A stretch of 64,000 nucleotides of DNA. Origin: Takakia lepidozioides. Lineage: Eukaryota; Plantae; Bryophyta. The position numbers and the translations under genes are program-made. The notes beneath the pieces were generated by a model that was not told the DNA's origin, searched no databases, and saw nothing but the letters and a program-made list of their open reading frames with translations. Every line of letters begins with the position of its first letter. Within the stretch, counting starts at the first letter, position 1. The stretch lies in NCBI GenBank assembly GCA_030704615.1, contig CM060731.1, positions 87,978,001-88,042,000 on the forward strand. Reading direction: 5' to 3'. Below are positions 11,575 through 24,574 of this stretch, piece by piece.

Positions 11575-13665
11575 ATGAAAGGCCGAAAGCTGAACATGAC
11601 ACTGAAGGAGATCGCAAAGGAGAGCGCAGCCCTGGAAACCAAACAGATGGCGGGGGAGGACCAGCCGCCAGCTCCTTATGAAGTTGGGGACGAAACTGCG
11701 TCAGAGGACGACACAGACGCTATGGACACAGACGAGGCATACGCTCTTGCGAAGGAATCCACGCCGAAGGGGAAGAACGTCGTGGAGGAGGAGGCGACCG
11801 CCGTTGTTGCCACATCAAAGGCATCTGGGAGTTCTTCGGCCAAAGGACCTCAGGTGATTCTCTTACTTGCCATCTTCTGTCAAGTTTCCAGGGCATGAAA
11901 ACTGCGTGCGTTGGCGCACGCAATTTTCTTGCCCTCTTTTCTGCTATTTTTTGCTTTATTATTCAGAGTAAGACCACAAGGATGCAGGCAATGCATAACA
12001 ACCAAACCCAGGTGTGACCCACTTCTCACTTTTCATGTACTGCATAGGAGGAGAGACTTTCACATTGCATAATGCTTGTACCATCCCAAGTAGTTCGATT
12101 AGAGTTCGACAGCTGAGAGAAGGTGAGTGTGAGAGAACCTCTAGAAATTGCGTGCGTTGACACACACAATTTCTGAATGTTCTCTCACACTCACCTTCTC
12201 TCAGCTGTGCTGTGTTGACAGCGACAAAAGCCCTGAATAGGCAGAGAGGTGAGTATGAGAGAACATTCAGAAATTGCGTGCGTTTACGCACACAATTTCT
12301 GGAGGTTCTCTCACACTCACCTTTCTGCCTATAGCGAGATAAGATTAAATGTCTGCTGCATACTTTTATGGAAGAGAGTAGACTGACATTGGGTATGAAA
12401 TAGGCAAAGAAATGAGTAAATTTCAGAGGGTAGAAAATTGCGTGCGTTGAAGCACGCAATATCTGGCAAGTTTTTTACATGCGAAACCTAGCACTTTGAG
12501 TGCAGACGAAGAAAAGGAAAGGTGCTGCTCAGGTAGAGGACGAAGTGATTGAGCAGGAACTGGTGGTTGTTGAGGAGGAGGACGATGGCAGGCCATACGA
12601 AGACAGAGCGAAAGATCCGCTTTCCTTCTCCAAAGTGAATTCGGCCCAAGTCATCAAGGCCATGGGCGTCCCCTGGGGAAAAATAATGATACCCCTATGC
12701 CGTTTGATCTCGATGCCCTTCGTTCGACCAGCTCTGACGAATGACATTCAAAAGTTGGAACATGATTTCTGCCATGGGTACATAGAGGGTCAATCTGTTT
12801 TTTACGTCTCCTTGGCGGACTCCGCTGGCAGAGAGGTGTTGGTGGACGAGTCCATTGTTGGAGGCTGGGATCCTATCTGGCGATAGATAAACGAGGAGTT
12901 CGAATCTATCATTTGCAAGAGGCTCGTCACCCAGCCTTTCTCAGGCACGATGTTTCATGTCTGGGATGGCAACCACCGATTGCTTGCCTGGAGGAACATG
13001 ATCAAGAGATATCATAGCATCGAGGAGGAGTGGCACTACTCTATGGCCTCAATGGTGCTGGATCCCAAGGGAAACATCACTGCACTGTTGACGGCAATGC
13101 ATGACATTAACAAGTAAGTGTCTTCTTCACCTGTTATTGTCTGAAATTTTCCCTTGACTGTCTGTTCGCTTTTAGCACTCACTGACGACACACCACTGTA
13201 TGTGCAGGGGAACTGAAACCGCCCATATGACAACGAACCTTCTTCACACACTATTCAGGATACAGAATATCGGCCAGATGCCCCTCAATTCATTCAAGAG
13301 CATCCTGAGTGCAGAGTCATTCAAGAAATGTTTGACATCGAAAACGTCAGATACCTGGTACAAACTAACGAGGGAATCATTCATGGAGTACATGTACACT
13401 ATAAGTATTCCATTGCTCTGGCCTTCCATTGTCTGTTGTGATTGTCAGTAACATTGTCTGTTGTGATCTCATTCCAAGAAATAGCTGAAGCTGGAGAGAG
13501 AGGAAAAACTGAGTATTATTTGAAAAACCCAGAGGGTATGAGGACGTCCAAGGGAGTGGCGGAAACCATGAAGTTTACGATGAATGAGATACGGAAGAAG
13601 CTCATGAGCGCTTTCGTGAAACAGCTGAGAATAGCTGACCCTGATTTTGGTCCCAAGTTCCTTAA
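11575..13665 (+). pseudogene. Spliced TE-borne gene encoding a ParB/sulfiredoxin-like domain protein, 3' truncated
   Basis: Exons about 11575-11853, 12506-13114, 13208-13400 and 13478-13665; acidic/basic N-terminus with KKRK; 'IPLCRL..MPFVRP...IQKLEHDF..GY' then 'FHVWDGNHRLLAW' (DGNHR at 12965-12979); premature TAG at 12884; third donor decayed to ATAAGT. Confidence 0.65.
11897..12462. repeat. Four palindromic AATTGCGTGCGTTGACGCACRCAATT units; two sit at the centre of ~90-95 bp near-perfect hairpins
   Basis: Units at about 11897, 12144, 12270 and 12433; hairpins about 12110-12206 (CAGCTGAGAGAAGGTGAGTG...CACTCACCTTCTCTCAGCTG) and about 12239-12330. Confidence 0.9.
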
Positions 13666-14302
13666 CCCCCAGACCACACTGTACCACCATGGCTACTTCC
13701 CTGTACATGCTCTCGCTCACCATGCACCTGCCCCGCACGCCTCTGCCCTGATATCCTACTTGCCCTATGCCTACCCTCTAACACCCCACCACCCACTACA
13801 CCATCCCCACAAATCACCATCCACTTTATAGAATTCACATACTGTCATGACCGATATCCCATGGATTTTATCTTGGAAAAATGGCAAAAATATGCCCCGC
13901 TCATCCTTGCAATCTGCCGGCAGGGCTGGAACACTGGCCCCCTAACCGTCATCACTGCCAGAATTAGAGGGGGCATCCACAATGCCAACATCAACGCTAT
14001 ACATGATAACTTCAAAATCCCCATCCCCCCTATCCATAAATGTTTCAAAGCAATCCACCTCACGACGCTCCGTTCCCGCTATTATTACCAACAAACGGCA
14101 ACTGGAATCCAGCTCTACAACGATACACTAGGTACCCCAAGGGTACCATTGGTACCTCTATACCCCCTGCTACCCGGTGTCCTATAGGACACATGTTTTT
14201 CTTATAGGGCCCACCCCCCAAAAGGGGGCAGTAGCCGCAAGGTGAAGTGGCTCTTAGTTACGCCGGCTTTGGCCAGAGTCTTTTCTCTCTCTCTCTCTCT
14301 CC
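13666..14302 (+). mobile_element. 3' fragment of an RLE-type (Dualen/RandI-like) LINE with structured 3' UTR and (CT)n tail
   Basis: 'EFTYCHDRY...KWQKYAPLILAICRQGWNTGPLTVITARIRGGIHN' is homologous to 47935-48375; the same 3' end occurs at 48460-48553. Confidence 0.8.
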
Positions 14303-17300
14303 TCGGAGTTATCGGAGCTGTCCGATGAGCTTGATGACTCCCTGGAGGATGGTCTATCACTACCACCCGGCTGGCCATGCGCCGGAGCACTTGAAACAGG
14401 TCCCTGAACTCCCACAGAGCTCTCATCCAATCCCTGGTGGTCATGACCCCCCCCCCCCCCCCCCATCCATACTAGTGCCATGTAGTGCACTCCCCTCCTG
14501 GTTGGCCATGTTGTTCATGAGGGATTGCCAACCATGCTCCTTGGCGTAGTCGTACTCTATCGGAGATGGCTTCCTCTTGGACACGCGTTGCTACACATGC
14601 CACAAATTAAAGTCAGTTCCTCACAATGATGGAGCCTGAAGGATGACATAACAAAATACATAAGGAAGTATGACTTAGTATAGGCCAACGCCTTGGCAAT
14701 GGACGAAGGAGGAATACAAGAAAGTGAGAGCCACCATAGGTGCTATCTGGACACCAACCGGGTATGGATCTCTCTCCGTACAAAATTCAGCGAAGACACG
14801 GTCCATGGTTTGAAGTCTCACAACTACCACAATATATTGCAAGACATCTTGCCCATTGCAGTACGTGGGACATTGACTCCCGAGGTTTGCAAGATAATCT
14901 ATAGATTGGGAGACTTGTTCCGATGGATTTGCTCCAAAGAGTTGGAGGAAGCGGATTTTCCACGCATGAAGAAGGAGGCGGCGGTGGTAATGTGAATGTT
15001 GGAGATGACCCTTCCTCCCTCCACGAGCAGCGGGTGAGATTGTTTCTTCACGAGATTTGCCCATGGAATTGCAGCCTTTATGGTCATTCTTTGACATCCA
15101 AGTGCACGTGATAGTGCACTTAGTGGAAGAGGCTTTGATTGTCGGCCCCGTTCGTTCTCGGTGGATGTACTTCCTTGAGCGTTATATAAAGACTTTGAAA
15201 GCATTTGTAAGACAAATGGTGCACCCCGAGGGTAGCATGGCGGATGGGTATTTGTTGCAAGAAACTATGTTCTATTGCATGGAGTACATGGCAAGGGTGG
15301 ATGAGGAAGCCCCTCGGATGTAGAAGGAAGACAAGGATGCACAAACCAAGGACATCATTTTGCAAAAAGTCGAAGAGGGTAAAATTGCCGACCATGGTGA
15401 TTGAGCAAGCGCATGAGTTCATACGGAAGAACAACCCATCCATACATGAGTGGGAGGCACGATACAATAATCTTGTTTAGCAACGACGGGAACAGACGCT
15501 TGCGTGGAGGCGGAACCATGCAAGGGAGACTAGAGTCATTGGCTTCGGACTGGAGTTGAAGACGCCATTGCTCAAGGTGAAGTGGTTTCAGATTTGGTGC
15601 AAGACATTGCCAGGGGCCCTTCTCAATTTGCAACCTCACACACGACGGTTTTGTTCACGGTCGTCATTTCCGCATTCATGCTCTTGACATGAAGCGCAAA
15701 ACAACGTTTGATTCTGGCTTGTGTGCCACATATTGGCAAGACTCCGTGTGGGGCACAAGAGATACATGACCTACACTGAAAAAACTCCAGTACATTGGAG
15801 AGCTTGAGAGCATATGCAAACTTCAGTATACAAGGTACCAGCCTCTTCTCTTCACGGTTGACCAGCCCCCTCCCGGACAACCATATCCGGAGGGATCAAC
15901 TGCAAACTGAGGCGGCCAATACCCCCCCTCGCTCTGTAAATGTTGTCCCCGTCTCGGATGCGCCATGGGTTGGCTTAGCCAGCCCTCTTCAGGTGGAGGT
16001 TGTTGCTGAGCCGGGTAATGCTCCCAATTGAGCGCACCCCAGCCACCAAGATGCAGGGTGAGATGTACCGTGCAAGTACATCACCCGTTCAACAGTGAAG
16101 TATGGGCAGCTTTTGGATCCCAGCCCTGTAGCGACCCCTTGCTCCGCGGCGAAGGCTACACATGCCAAGGCCCAAGGTGAGGCGAGAAGGTCTCAGGAAG
16201 TGGCAATCCCCATAGTAGTCAAGGATTTGAGGAGGCCGGGGGAGGAGGAGGTAGGGGCCGGTGATGAGCCTGACCGGTCCCTAGCTCCGAAGGGCTTGGA
16301 CTACGGGGCACCGCCGGCGGCTTTGGCGTTCTGGAATCTACTTCCAACGGCGCTCCGGGAGGGGATAGTGATCAGGGGACTTCCGGCAGCAGGAAATCCT
16401 CCTACATCGGGTGACACCGGGGCTGAGTCGGCCAAGGTTGCAAAGGTACATCAGTAGCACCTTGCCCATTCCATGTTTTGTCATTTCTTTTACATGCATA
16501 TATTTCTTTATTGTTTGTTTTTTTATTTGAATTTGGGGGGTTTTATTCATCTTCAGGAGACAACGACATTTTTGGCCTCATTGGTGCAGTCCAGTGGGGT
16601 TGCCGGAGAGGAGGGGCATCTGGTGTTGAATGCCCCGAACACCAAAAGTAAGAAGAAGAGACCTTGAGCTCCCAAGGTCCCTTTTACCATCAATGAAGGG
16701 GCTGCCACTGAGAGAGAGAGAAGGGAGAGGGAGGGGGAGAGAGAGATAGTGGCGGGGAAGGGGAAGGAGATAGTCCTTGAGAAGAAGAAGAAGAAGAAGA
16801 AGTCGCGTGGAGATGAACGGGCAATTGTGCATGCAGGGGAGGGCAGTGGGGTAATAAAGGAGCAGGGGAAGGAGGCTGCATTGAAGGAGGGAGAGGGTGG
16901 GAAAAAGAAGGGGGCAAAAGACCCGGAGTTGGCAAAGGTTGTGGTGCCACCGGTGGAGGTCAATGTCCATGGGGACCCCGTCGGTGAGTACTGGGAGGTT
17001 ATGAAGAAGCATGCCTTCAACCTCGCATCGCGGTGGTTCCCTTGGCACATTGAGTGGACTCAACAACACTATAGCCAGAGGCGGGCGTTTGTGAAGGAGA
17101 TAGAACACCAATTCAAGGGCAATTAGAGTGAGGGAAGGCTGATGGAGATGGTGGGGCGGAACTTGAAGGACAAGAGGTATCGTGCTAGAGAGACCATTCG
17201 GAAGGCAATGTTGAAGGGGGTGCCACCCAAGCCACCGCATGGAATTACACAGGTTTGCAGATCCTTGAATCATTTCACCTTCGATTTGTTGCATGTGTAA

Positions 17301-17560
17301 TGAGGTGGATTCGATGCAATGTATGTGTGATATTCACTGTTGTGGGGGGGGGGGGGGGGTAGGAATCGTGGGATGTGCTCATTGCGGGATGTGGCAAAGA
17401 ATGCGAGTTTTGAGAAGGCATGCTGCGCAACGCCAATCCGCCTTTGACAAGCATGACTCCACACACAAGCGGGGCCCTGACGGATCCAAGGGTTTTATCA
17501 CTCGATTTGTAGAATTTCGATTGATCTCATATTAGTCTGGGACCTGTGAGAGGGTGACGT
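14303..17560 (+). mobile_element. Internal fragment of a CACTA (En/Spm) element
   Basis: TnpD DUF4218-like ORF pieces; 14310-14620 matches 58895-59170 inside the CACTA starting at 57909; TnpA-like remains at about 16750-17560. Confidence 0.8.
14693..15720 (+). pseudogene. CACTA TnpD transposase C-terminal part (DUF4218-like)
   Basis: 'GLKSHNYHNILQDILPIAVRG', 'FFDIQVHVIVHLVEEA...GPVRSRWMYFLERYIKTLK..VR....PEGSMADGY'. Confidence 0.85.
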
Positions 17561-18019
17561 ACTGGCAAAGTTTGGAAGCAAGCAAAAATGATTTGGATGG
17601 GCAACCATCCGTTCACCCGTTGAATGTATTCCGTTGGATCTGCTATTGCTTTGGGACCTGTTCGACTGTGTTTCGCGTGCTCACGATTTTTTTTTCATTC
17701 CGTTTTTTAATGGGGCGTATAATGTAGCCATATGCAACGTGCGTGCCAAATTTGGGAGTGAACATAATTCATTTGGACCCAAAACCACAGTTTCTTCCCT
17801 GTTTTTGCACACCAAACTTGATTTGTGTTCAACTTCATGCACTCTTCATAGAGAGAGTTTTGCAATAGTGAGCGAAGAAAACACTTTTTTTTGGGGGGCA
17901 CTCTTTATTGGTCCAAATTTTAGTGGGGGAGTAGCGGCGGGACATCCCCGCTGGATGGAATGCGGCGCCGCATTTCCAGTACCTGCCACGATTGCAACCA
18001 TCGGACAGGAGATTGCAGG

Positions 18020-19716
18020 ATAGACAGTAACGGAAGAAACACAATTGATTCAACTGAATCTGGGAACAGTGAAAGAACCACAGATAATACGAGTAAGTGC
18101 AGGTCTAGAAGAATCATTCCTACAAGAAGCCACTGCATTATTCACTAAACACAAGGATCTATTCGCTTGGAACTACAAAAATTTGAAGGGCATACCTTCC
18201 AACATCTGTCAACACCGGATTGAATTGGAAGTTGACACGAAACCAGTTCGTCAGAACCGTTACAGAATGAACCCCAACTATGCAGCTAAGGTTTAGGAAG
18301 AAATCAAGAAATTAATGGATGCAGGATTTATATACCCAGTAGAGACGCCACAATGGTTATCACCCATTGTAATAGTGCCCAAGAAGAATGGTAAATTACG
18401 AGTGTGGACTACCGCAAATTAAATGCAGGAACCAAGAAAGACCCCTTTCCACTACCTTTCACAGAGATAGTGTTGGACACAGTAGCGGGACATAAGATGT
18501 ACTTATTCATGGATGGGTTCAGTGGGTACAATCAAGTACAGATGGCAGAAGAAGACCGAGAGAAGACCGCATTCATCACTGAATGATGAGCCTACGCTTA
18601 CAAAGTCATGCCATTTGGACTTTGCAACGCACCGGCCACGTTTCAGAGAGCAGTATCTGAGATATTCAAGAGCTATCTCAATGACTTTATGCAGGTATTC
18701 TTGGATGATTTCAGTGTCTTTGGACATAAATCCAAACACTTGGCACAGTTAAAACTTTGCCTACAAGCCTGCAGAGACAATGGAATAAGTTTCAATCCGG
18801 AAAAATGTACATTTTGTATGAATTCAGGATTACTGTTGGGACACATTGTGTGCCAACAGGGAATTTTGGTAGATCCGAAGAAAATGGATGCTATCCAGAA
18901 AATACCACCACCAGAAAATCCCAAGAAACTCAAGAGATTTTTGGGACACACAAGTATTACAGAAGGTACATGGCCAAATTTACTCACAGAGCGGCACCAG
19001 TCTATAGACTGCTAAAGAAGGATGTCGAATACCGCTGGTCTCCAGCTTGCCATGAATCATTTGATTCACTAAAAAGGGCACTCACAACAACACCAATCAT
19101 AATAAATCCAAGATGGGATTTACCATTTCATGTACACAGTGATGCATTAGGCATTGCTTTGGGGGGCAGTTCTAGCCCAGAATGTGACAGACACAATAGA
19201 TTCACCAATCTATTATGCAAGTAGATTGCTGACAACGGCTGAGAAGAACAATAGCACCACGGAAAAAGAAGCATTGGCAATGATTTATGTTGTTCAAAAG
19301 TTTCGGCATTATTTACTTGGCAATCGCTTTAAGTGTATTGTTGATCATCAGGCTCTAGTTCATTTAGCAAATCGACCACTAGCTAGTGGCAGGGTTGCTC
19401 GATGGTTATTACTTCTTCATGAGTATGATTTTGAAGTAGTTCATAAACCTGGAAGATTACATGTTACAGCAGATCATCTATCAAGACTTACTACTGGAGA
19501 ACCAGCCACAGAAGTAAAGGATCAACTTCCCGACGCATTTCTGTTTGTTGTTCAACCAGAAGCACAAGATGAAGAGACAGACCCTCTAGACGCTCTGGGA
19601 GTATTCCAGGGGGACTATGACCTTCCAGATGCACTGAAATTGATGGATGACACTGATGAAGGACAAGACTCATCAGATGAGGATGAACCTCTTGATGAAG
19701 GACCAATTATTGAAGA
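18020..19716 (+). pseudogene. Ty3/gypsy (Athila/Phygy-like) pol fragment: RT and RNase H, integrase missing
   Basis: 'DYRKLNA.TKKDPFPLPF', 'DGFSGYNQ', 'MPFGLCNAPATFQR', 'FLDD', 'YASR...EKE.LA', 'DHQAL', 'ADHLSR'; stops and frameshifts. Confidence 0.92.
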
Positions 19717-19863
19717 CTCAGAGCTCCCTCGGATGGGAAATCGGCGCCGAATTTCCATCCTGTAGATAACTCGGAGCTCCCTCGGATGGAAAACCGGCGC
19801 CGAATTTCCATCCTGTAGACAACTCGGAGCTCCCTCGGATTGAAAACCGGCGCCGCCACTACA
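19717..19863. repeat. About 2.7 tandem ~53-bp units containing the palindrome GGATGGAAA.CGGCGCCG..TTTCCATCC, ending in LTR-like GCCACTACA
   Basis: Direct reading; related motif at about 17950, 61410 and 63270. Confidence 0.75.
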
Positions 19864-22800
19864 GTCTTGGCTTTAGGAGAGGACGTAGAGGAACCATCCG
19901 CAGCACGAAAAAAGCTAATGGAGGTGCAAGCCTGGCGCTGCTTTGCTTTCTGGAAAAAGTAGGCTGTCATTTTTTCACCCTGAAGAGACCAGTTTACCCC
20001 TGCTTTGCGTTGAAGAGCCAATTCTTTTGCACTAACCAGCTCTGCAAGGTTCCGTTTGATAGGAGGCAAAAGTTTGAGGGCCAATCAGATTAGATTCGAT
20101 CAGGTGCTGGCAATGGGTAAGGCACTTCAAGAGTGCTTTCTCCTTCCTTGAGTTCTCTAGAGCTAGGGACCGAGATAACAATTGGGCACGAGCTCTAGTA
20201 GCCCCAAGCTTGAGCAAAAACCTAAGGGAAGCAGAGGCCTTATCGTTGCTAGCATTCTTCCAAGTAGAAGCGAGATCAGAGACCAGAGCAGGAATTTTAA
20301 GCAAGGCAGGGTTGAGCCTAAGTAACCGTGGCGCTCAATATGAACTCCGGTAGGAGAAAATGATATGGACACTTGTGCATCATCAAAGTTGGGGAGGATA
20401 GGACCGAGAGGGCCGGAAGGCTTGGACCAATGCAAACAGCCATGAGAGCAGTAAATTCTATCAAGCCTGGCCATAGAGAGGTCTGAGGGGGGTCTGTTGT
20501 TTGACCAGGTGAATCTTAGCTGATTAAGATCAGGCAAAGAGGCTTCAGTAAGACCCACAGAGAAGCAAAGCTGATCCCAGGCATTTCGTTCTTCAGAATA
20601 CAGAGTTTGTGCAGAGCCACCATAACGATCCAAAGCGCATTCAACCATATTGAAATCGCCCGCAATAATCCAATTCAAGATAAGTGGATTGTCCAAGATC
20701 TTGGAACCAATGGGAGACCACATGTCGGTTCTCTCAGAGGCTAAATTAGAAGCGTAAATATTAATGAAGCCACAAGGACCAAAGGGAGAAGCCGATGAAG
20801 TAAACACACACTGAGCCCTTCCTTGAATCCACGTCTCCACCTTAGGGAAAAAGTTAACCAACGCAGGAGAGATAAGAATAACAGTGCCGCCACGCAAGTC
20901 TGAAATGGTAGGGTTCCACCAGGAAGAGGACGGCGGCCAGAAGGAAGAGCAAATTTTTTGGATTTTGATTTGATCTAACTTATGCTCATGCAGGAAGAGG
21001 ATAGCTCCAGAGGAAATGAGAGAAGAAGCCCAGCGTTGTATGCGACGTCTCTTAGGCATGGTTGCATCAGAACCGATACCTCAAATGTTCCAAGAGGTGA
21101 GGATCTAGTTCATGGAGGCCAGACAGAGCAGCCCGATGAAGGATCACGATTTGATGGCTACATGAAGCTCAGAAGGAAGAGAGAGCAGCTGAAATCTGTA
21201 TGCGACTGCAGAACTCTCCAGATGAAACAAAAATGGGAGAAGGATAAGCCCACAGCAAGGACATAGGGAAGCATTAAGCTCTCAAAGGAAAGGAAACCAA
21301 AGAAGCAGATAAAAGGAAGCAAAAGATTACGACCAACCCAAACAATAGGCAAGAGCCGCCAAAGGCCAGGAATAAGAAAAGAAGCAGAAAGAGTGGAGGG
21401 AAGAGCAGTAATCAAGACAGCTCACCGGAGGAGGGGAGGGCAACGCCAGATCAATCGGGGCGAGAGTGACATCAGGGGTCTGCACCATATGTACAGGGAT
21501 GACCATAAGACCGTCGTTGGAATGTGAGGTTTCCAGGGTGCTGACATACTTCTGAGTTTTGATAGCGGCCTTGATAAGCTTCATCCCCGCCAAATAGGTA
21601 GATTGCAAAAAAGGCCTGGTACGATCCTCTGGGATAGAGTCACCTGCCATCCTGTTCAAATTGCTAAACCCAGCATTGTCCATCCTGACGTTAGATAGCC
21701 TCATGAGAGAACGTGGACAAAGTGAGTATCTGGCCTGGATGGGGAGCGGAACAACTGGGAACCAAAGAAACTTAGACGTCTCCAAAGATAGCTCCAGATG
21801 AGGGAGGTGAGCCAGAAATACATCTCTGACTTTGGAAAGGATTAAGTCCATTTCCTTGTCCTGAGACATGAGAGCTACATCTCCCTTAGTAACCCACGAA
21901 CTAGCAAAGGTGTTCTTATCTGTTAGACGGAACACCATCAGGGAGCCCAAATAAATGGGAGTAACACTGCTGGGAACCAGTAGGGGCCCGTCGGGAGGCC
22001 GCATATCTGAAAGCCTGGAGATCAGCAAAAGAAGTGAGTTGTAAGCAGTAAGAAGCAAGGTTATGCTTCGCACCTTTAGCAAGCTGAAAGACAGCATGAA
22101 CATCAGCTTCAGAAGAGTAAGAAATATGGGATTTGAGAGGAAGAAGATACATCCGTGGACTGACAGAAGTACAGGGCGGAGATCCGGAGCTGCGGGTCCT
22201 TTTGGCAGGAGGAGGCAACGGCGGACAGGAGACAGTTCATTTCCTGGAGGTACCGGCAGAATTCTTCATGTTTGTGTGAGGAGGATTCGCCGGGTATTGA
22301 GGAGGGGCCACTGCTTGTACCTTCTCCTTCTCCTTTCGCAGAGTAGGGCAGTCGGCTTTAACGTGACCTTCACACAAACAATGGTGACTGAACAACAACA
22401 CAAGCAAAGGATTTATCCAAGGTTGACTTAAGAGAAGCTCCAACAGAAGCAGATTCGGGCATCGTAACAACAATTCTTGGGACCCCTCCGTCTCTGTGAT
22501 CGTCGTGCAGCCATGAATCGTTGTCAACACTGCGCATATCGAGCTCCACATAATCAAACACACACATGAAGCCAATGTATACTCCAAAATGGGCCCCAAT
22601 TTCAGGGAGCGAACGCAAGTAGTTCCCTTGCAGAAAGGGGAGGGCAATGACATGTAACTCCATTTTTATCCAATCACGATTCCACGAGAAAATGTGGACT
22701 CTGCAGTGAGAACGACGAACATTGAACTTGAGGGCTTTAGCTGCGTGGTCTAGACAGGAGAACATGATGGAGTAGAAGTTACGACCCAAAGATAGACAAA

Positions 22801-23690
22801 AGTGGGAGGTGAGACCGCCATCTGCAGCGAAATGTTCCAAAGCCCATTTCCTAGCCGAGTGCTTGTCACGAGATCTTCCAGGGAAGTGAATAAGGATGCC
22901 CTGACCAGTCAAGGTTTTAGTCTGGGCCTGAATTACTTCCATGTCGAGGTTGAGCACAGGCTGCGATTCAACAATCACACCGGTAGCTTCTCCTAGCTAG
23001 GGGAGAATTGGGGCGGGAAGGACCAGAGCCAAGGACCCCCGGGCCAGAGTCAGAGCCTCTCCTAATGGGTTGCCAATTCCTGTCCCTTTGGAGCGCGATC
23101 GATTCTTCTGGGGTCTCCTCGATGAAGCATTGTAGGGACTGCCGAAACGAAGGAGGCCATTGAAAGACGTATCGAAAGAGCTCGCAAGAAGAACAAAAAA
23201 AAAGAAGAAGAACAATGCCAAGGGGACAAGCTCAAGGAAGAGAGAAGGACCAAACTTCGAGGTGCAGAAGTCATTAGTATGCTCCGACTGAAAGGGTGGA
23301 TGCAAGGGGACGCCGCCAACACAGCGGTGGAGCTTAACATAGCTTAACATGCCGACGTATAAAGTTAGCAGTGAGACAGAGGATGCCTTGTCCTGTTGTT
23401 CAGAGCTGCTTGGCCGCATTAGAACAAAGACGATAGCTGAAGCAAGTAGTCATGAAGGATCATGAATAGAAGATCAGGGAGATTTGAAAGTGAAAGCCTA
23501 AAGGGCAGCCAAAATGATTACTAATAAGTGAGGGAGCCACGATAGAAGGAGGTAGATGGGGAGGATGCAAAAGCTTAAGGCAGACACAGGGAAGGCGACA
23601 GATTGGGAAACGCATCCACAGCTTTCATGAGGTCGAGGTTAGCAAAACGGCTAAGCACCGGCTTCCTCGTCGGCAAACGCAGAGCGATTT
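19864..23690 (-). mobile_element. Degenerate L1-clade LINE: ORF1 (DUF4283-like plus zinc knuckle) and ORF2 APE endonuclease, RT part lost
   Basis: 'LFLHEHKL', 'GGTVILIS', 'INIYASN', 'WIIAGDFN', 'FTWSN...ARLDRIYCS' (APE); 'CLCEGHVKADCP' knuckle; 'GEKMTAYFF' linker. Confidence 0.85.
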
Positions 23691-24574
23691 CCTATTCTAC
23701 ATCGCTCTTCCATAACTTTCACTTTTGAACCAATCCTCCCAATTTTGTCTTTTAATTAGGCACTCAGTTACATGGCGAAGGCATTCAGCTGACGTAACAG
23801 TTGCGATATATATACCTCGGCAACCAAGAAAAAGAAACAACACAACAAAATCTACACGCCTATAACAAGCCAACGTACAGCTGAACGGCCTCCAAAAAAT
23901 TTACAGTTTCCCGCAGTTTTGCTCAGGGAAGCCAAGCTAGGATAACATCTGATGAGGCCCAATCCCCATTATAAGGGAATTACAGAGGTAGGCTTTTTGT
24001 GTGCATCCCACTGAAAGCTTCACAAACTCTAAGTTGCAGAGTCATCATGAGAGTTTCTTGCATTGCTTCAACAGGCAGCCAGACATCTTAAAATCAAATA
24101 GAGCTAGCTAATGTAAGGCAGAATCTTTCTGACAAGCCAAGTGCCTCACATTGCTTGTTAGATATTTTCTGTTTCGTATCAGAAATAATAGTTTCCCCAA
24201 AAAAAAACTAGTAACATAATTCATTGGACACCTCCAGCATTCAGTCAAAGCCCACAAGAAAGACAACAGACAGATGAAAGGTTAGGGAGCAACCATAACC
24301 TCCTACAAGAGGGTAGGACACACATACCCACATAAACTGGTGTGACATCACGTTTAAAAAAATTGGTATAACATAATCCAGCAGACAAAACAGGCCCTAT
24401 CCCTTACCCTGCTTTGTTTTTGTGGATGAGTACACACTTCCAAGATCAGAGAAGTGCTGGTCTGACTCTTCACAAATTTAAGCTGGAAGCAACCAGCCTA
24501 AGAACCTACTCTTAAAAGGTCAAAACCTGTAGCTCAGACAAGCTTTAATCAAACACAAAAGAACCTCAGATTCA

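Larger units (their letters stand above)
6824..13665. mobile_element. Mutator-like element (MULE), one end preserved, carrying a transposase and a divergent ParB/Srx-like gene
   Basis: Terminus GGACGTGACTTCCGCGTGAGC at 6824 matches the TIRs of the element at 56336-57593; transposase on -, second spliced gene on +; right end replaced by a LINE at about 13666. That the ParB-like gene belongs to the element is inferred. Confidence 0.75.
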
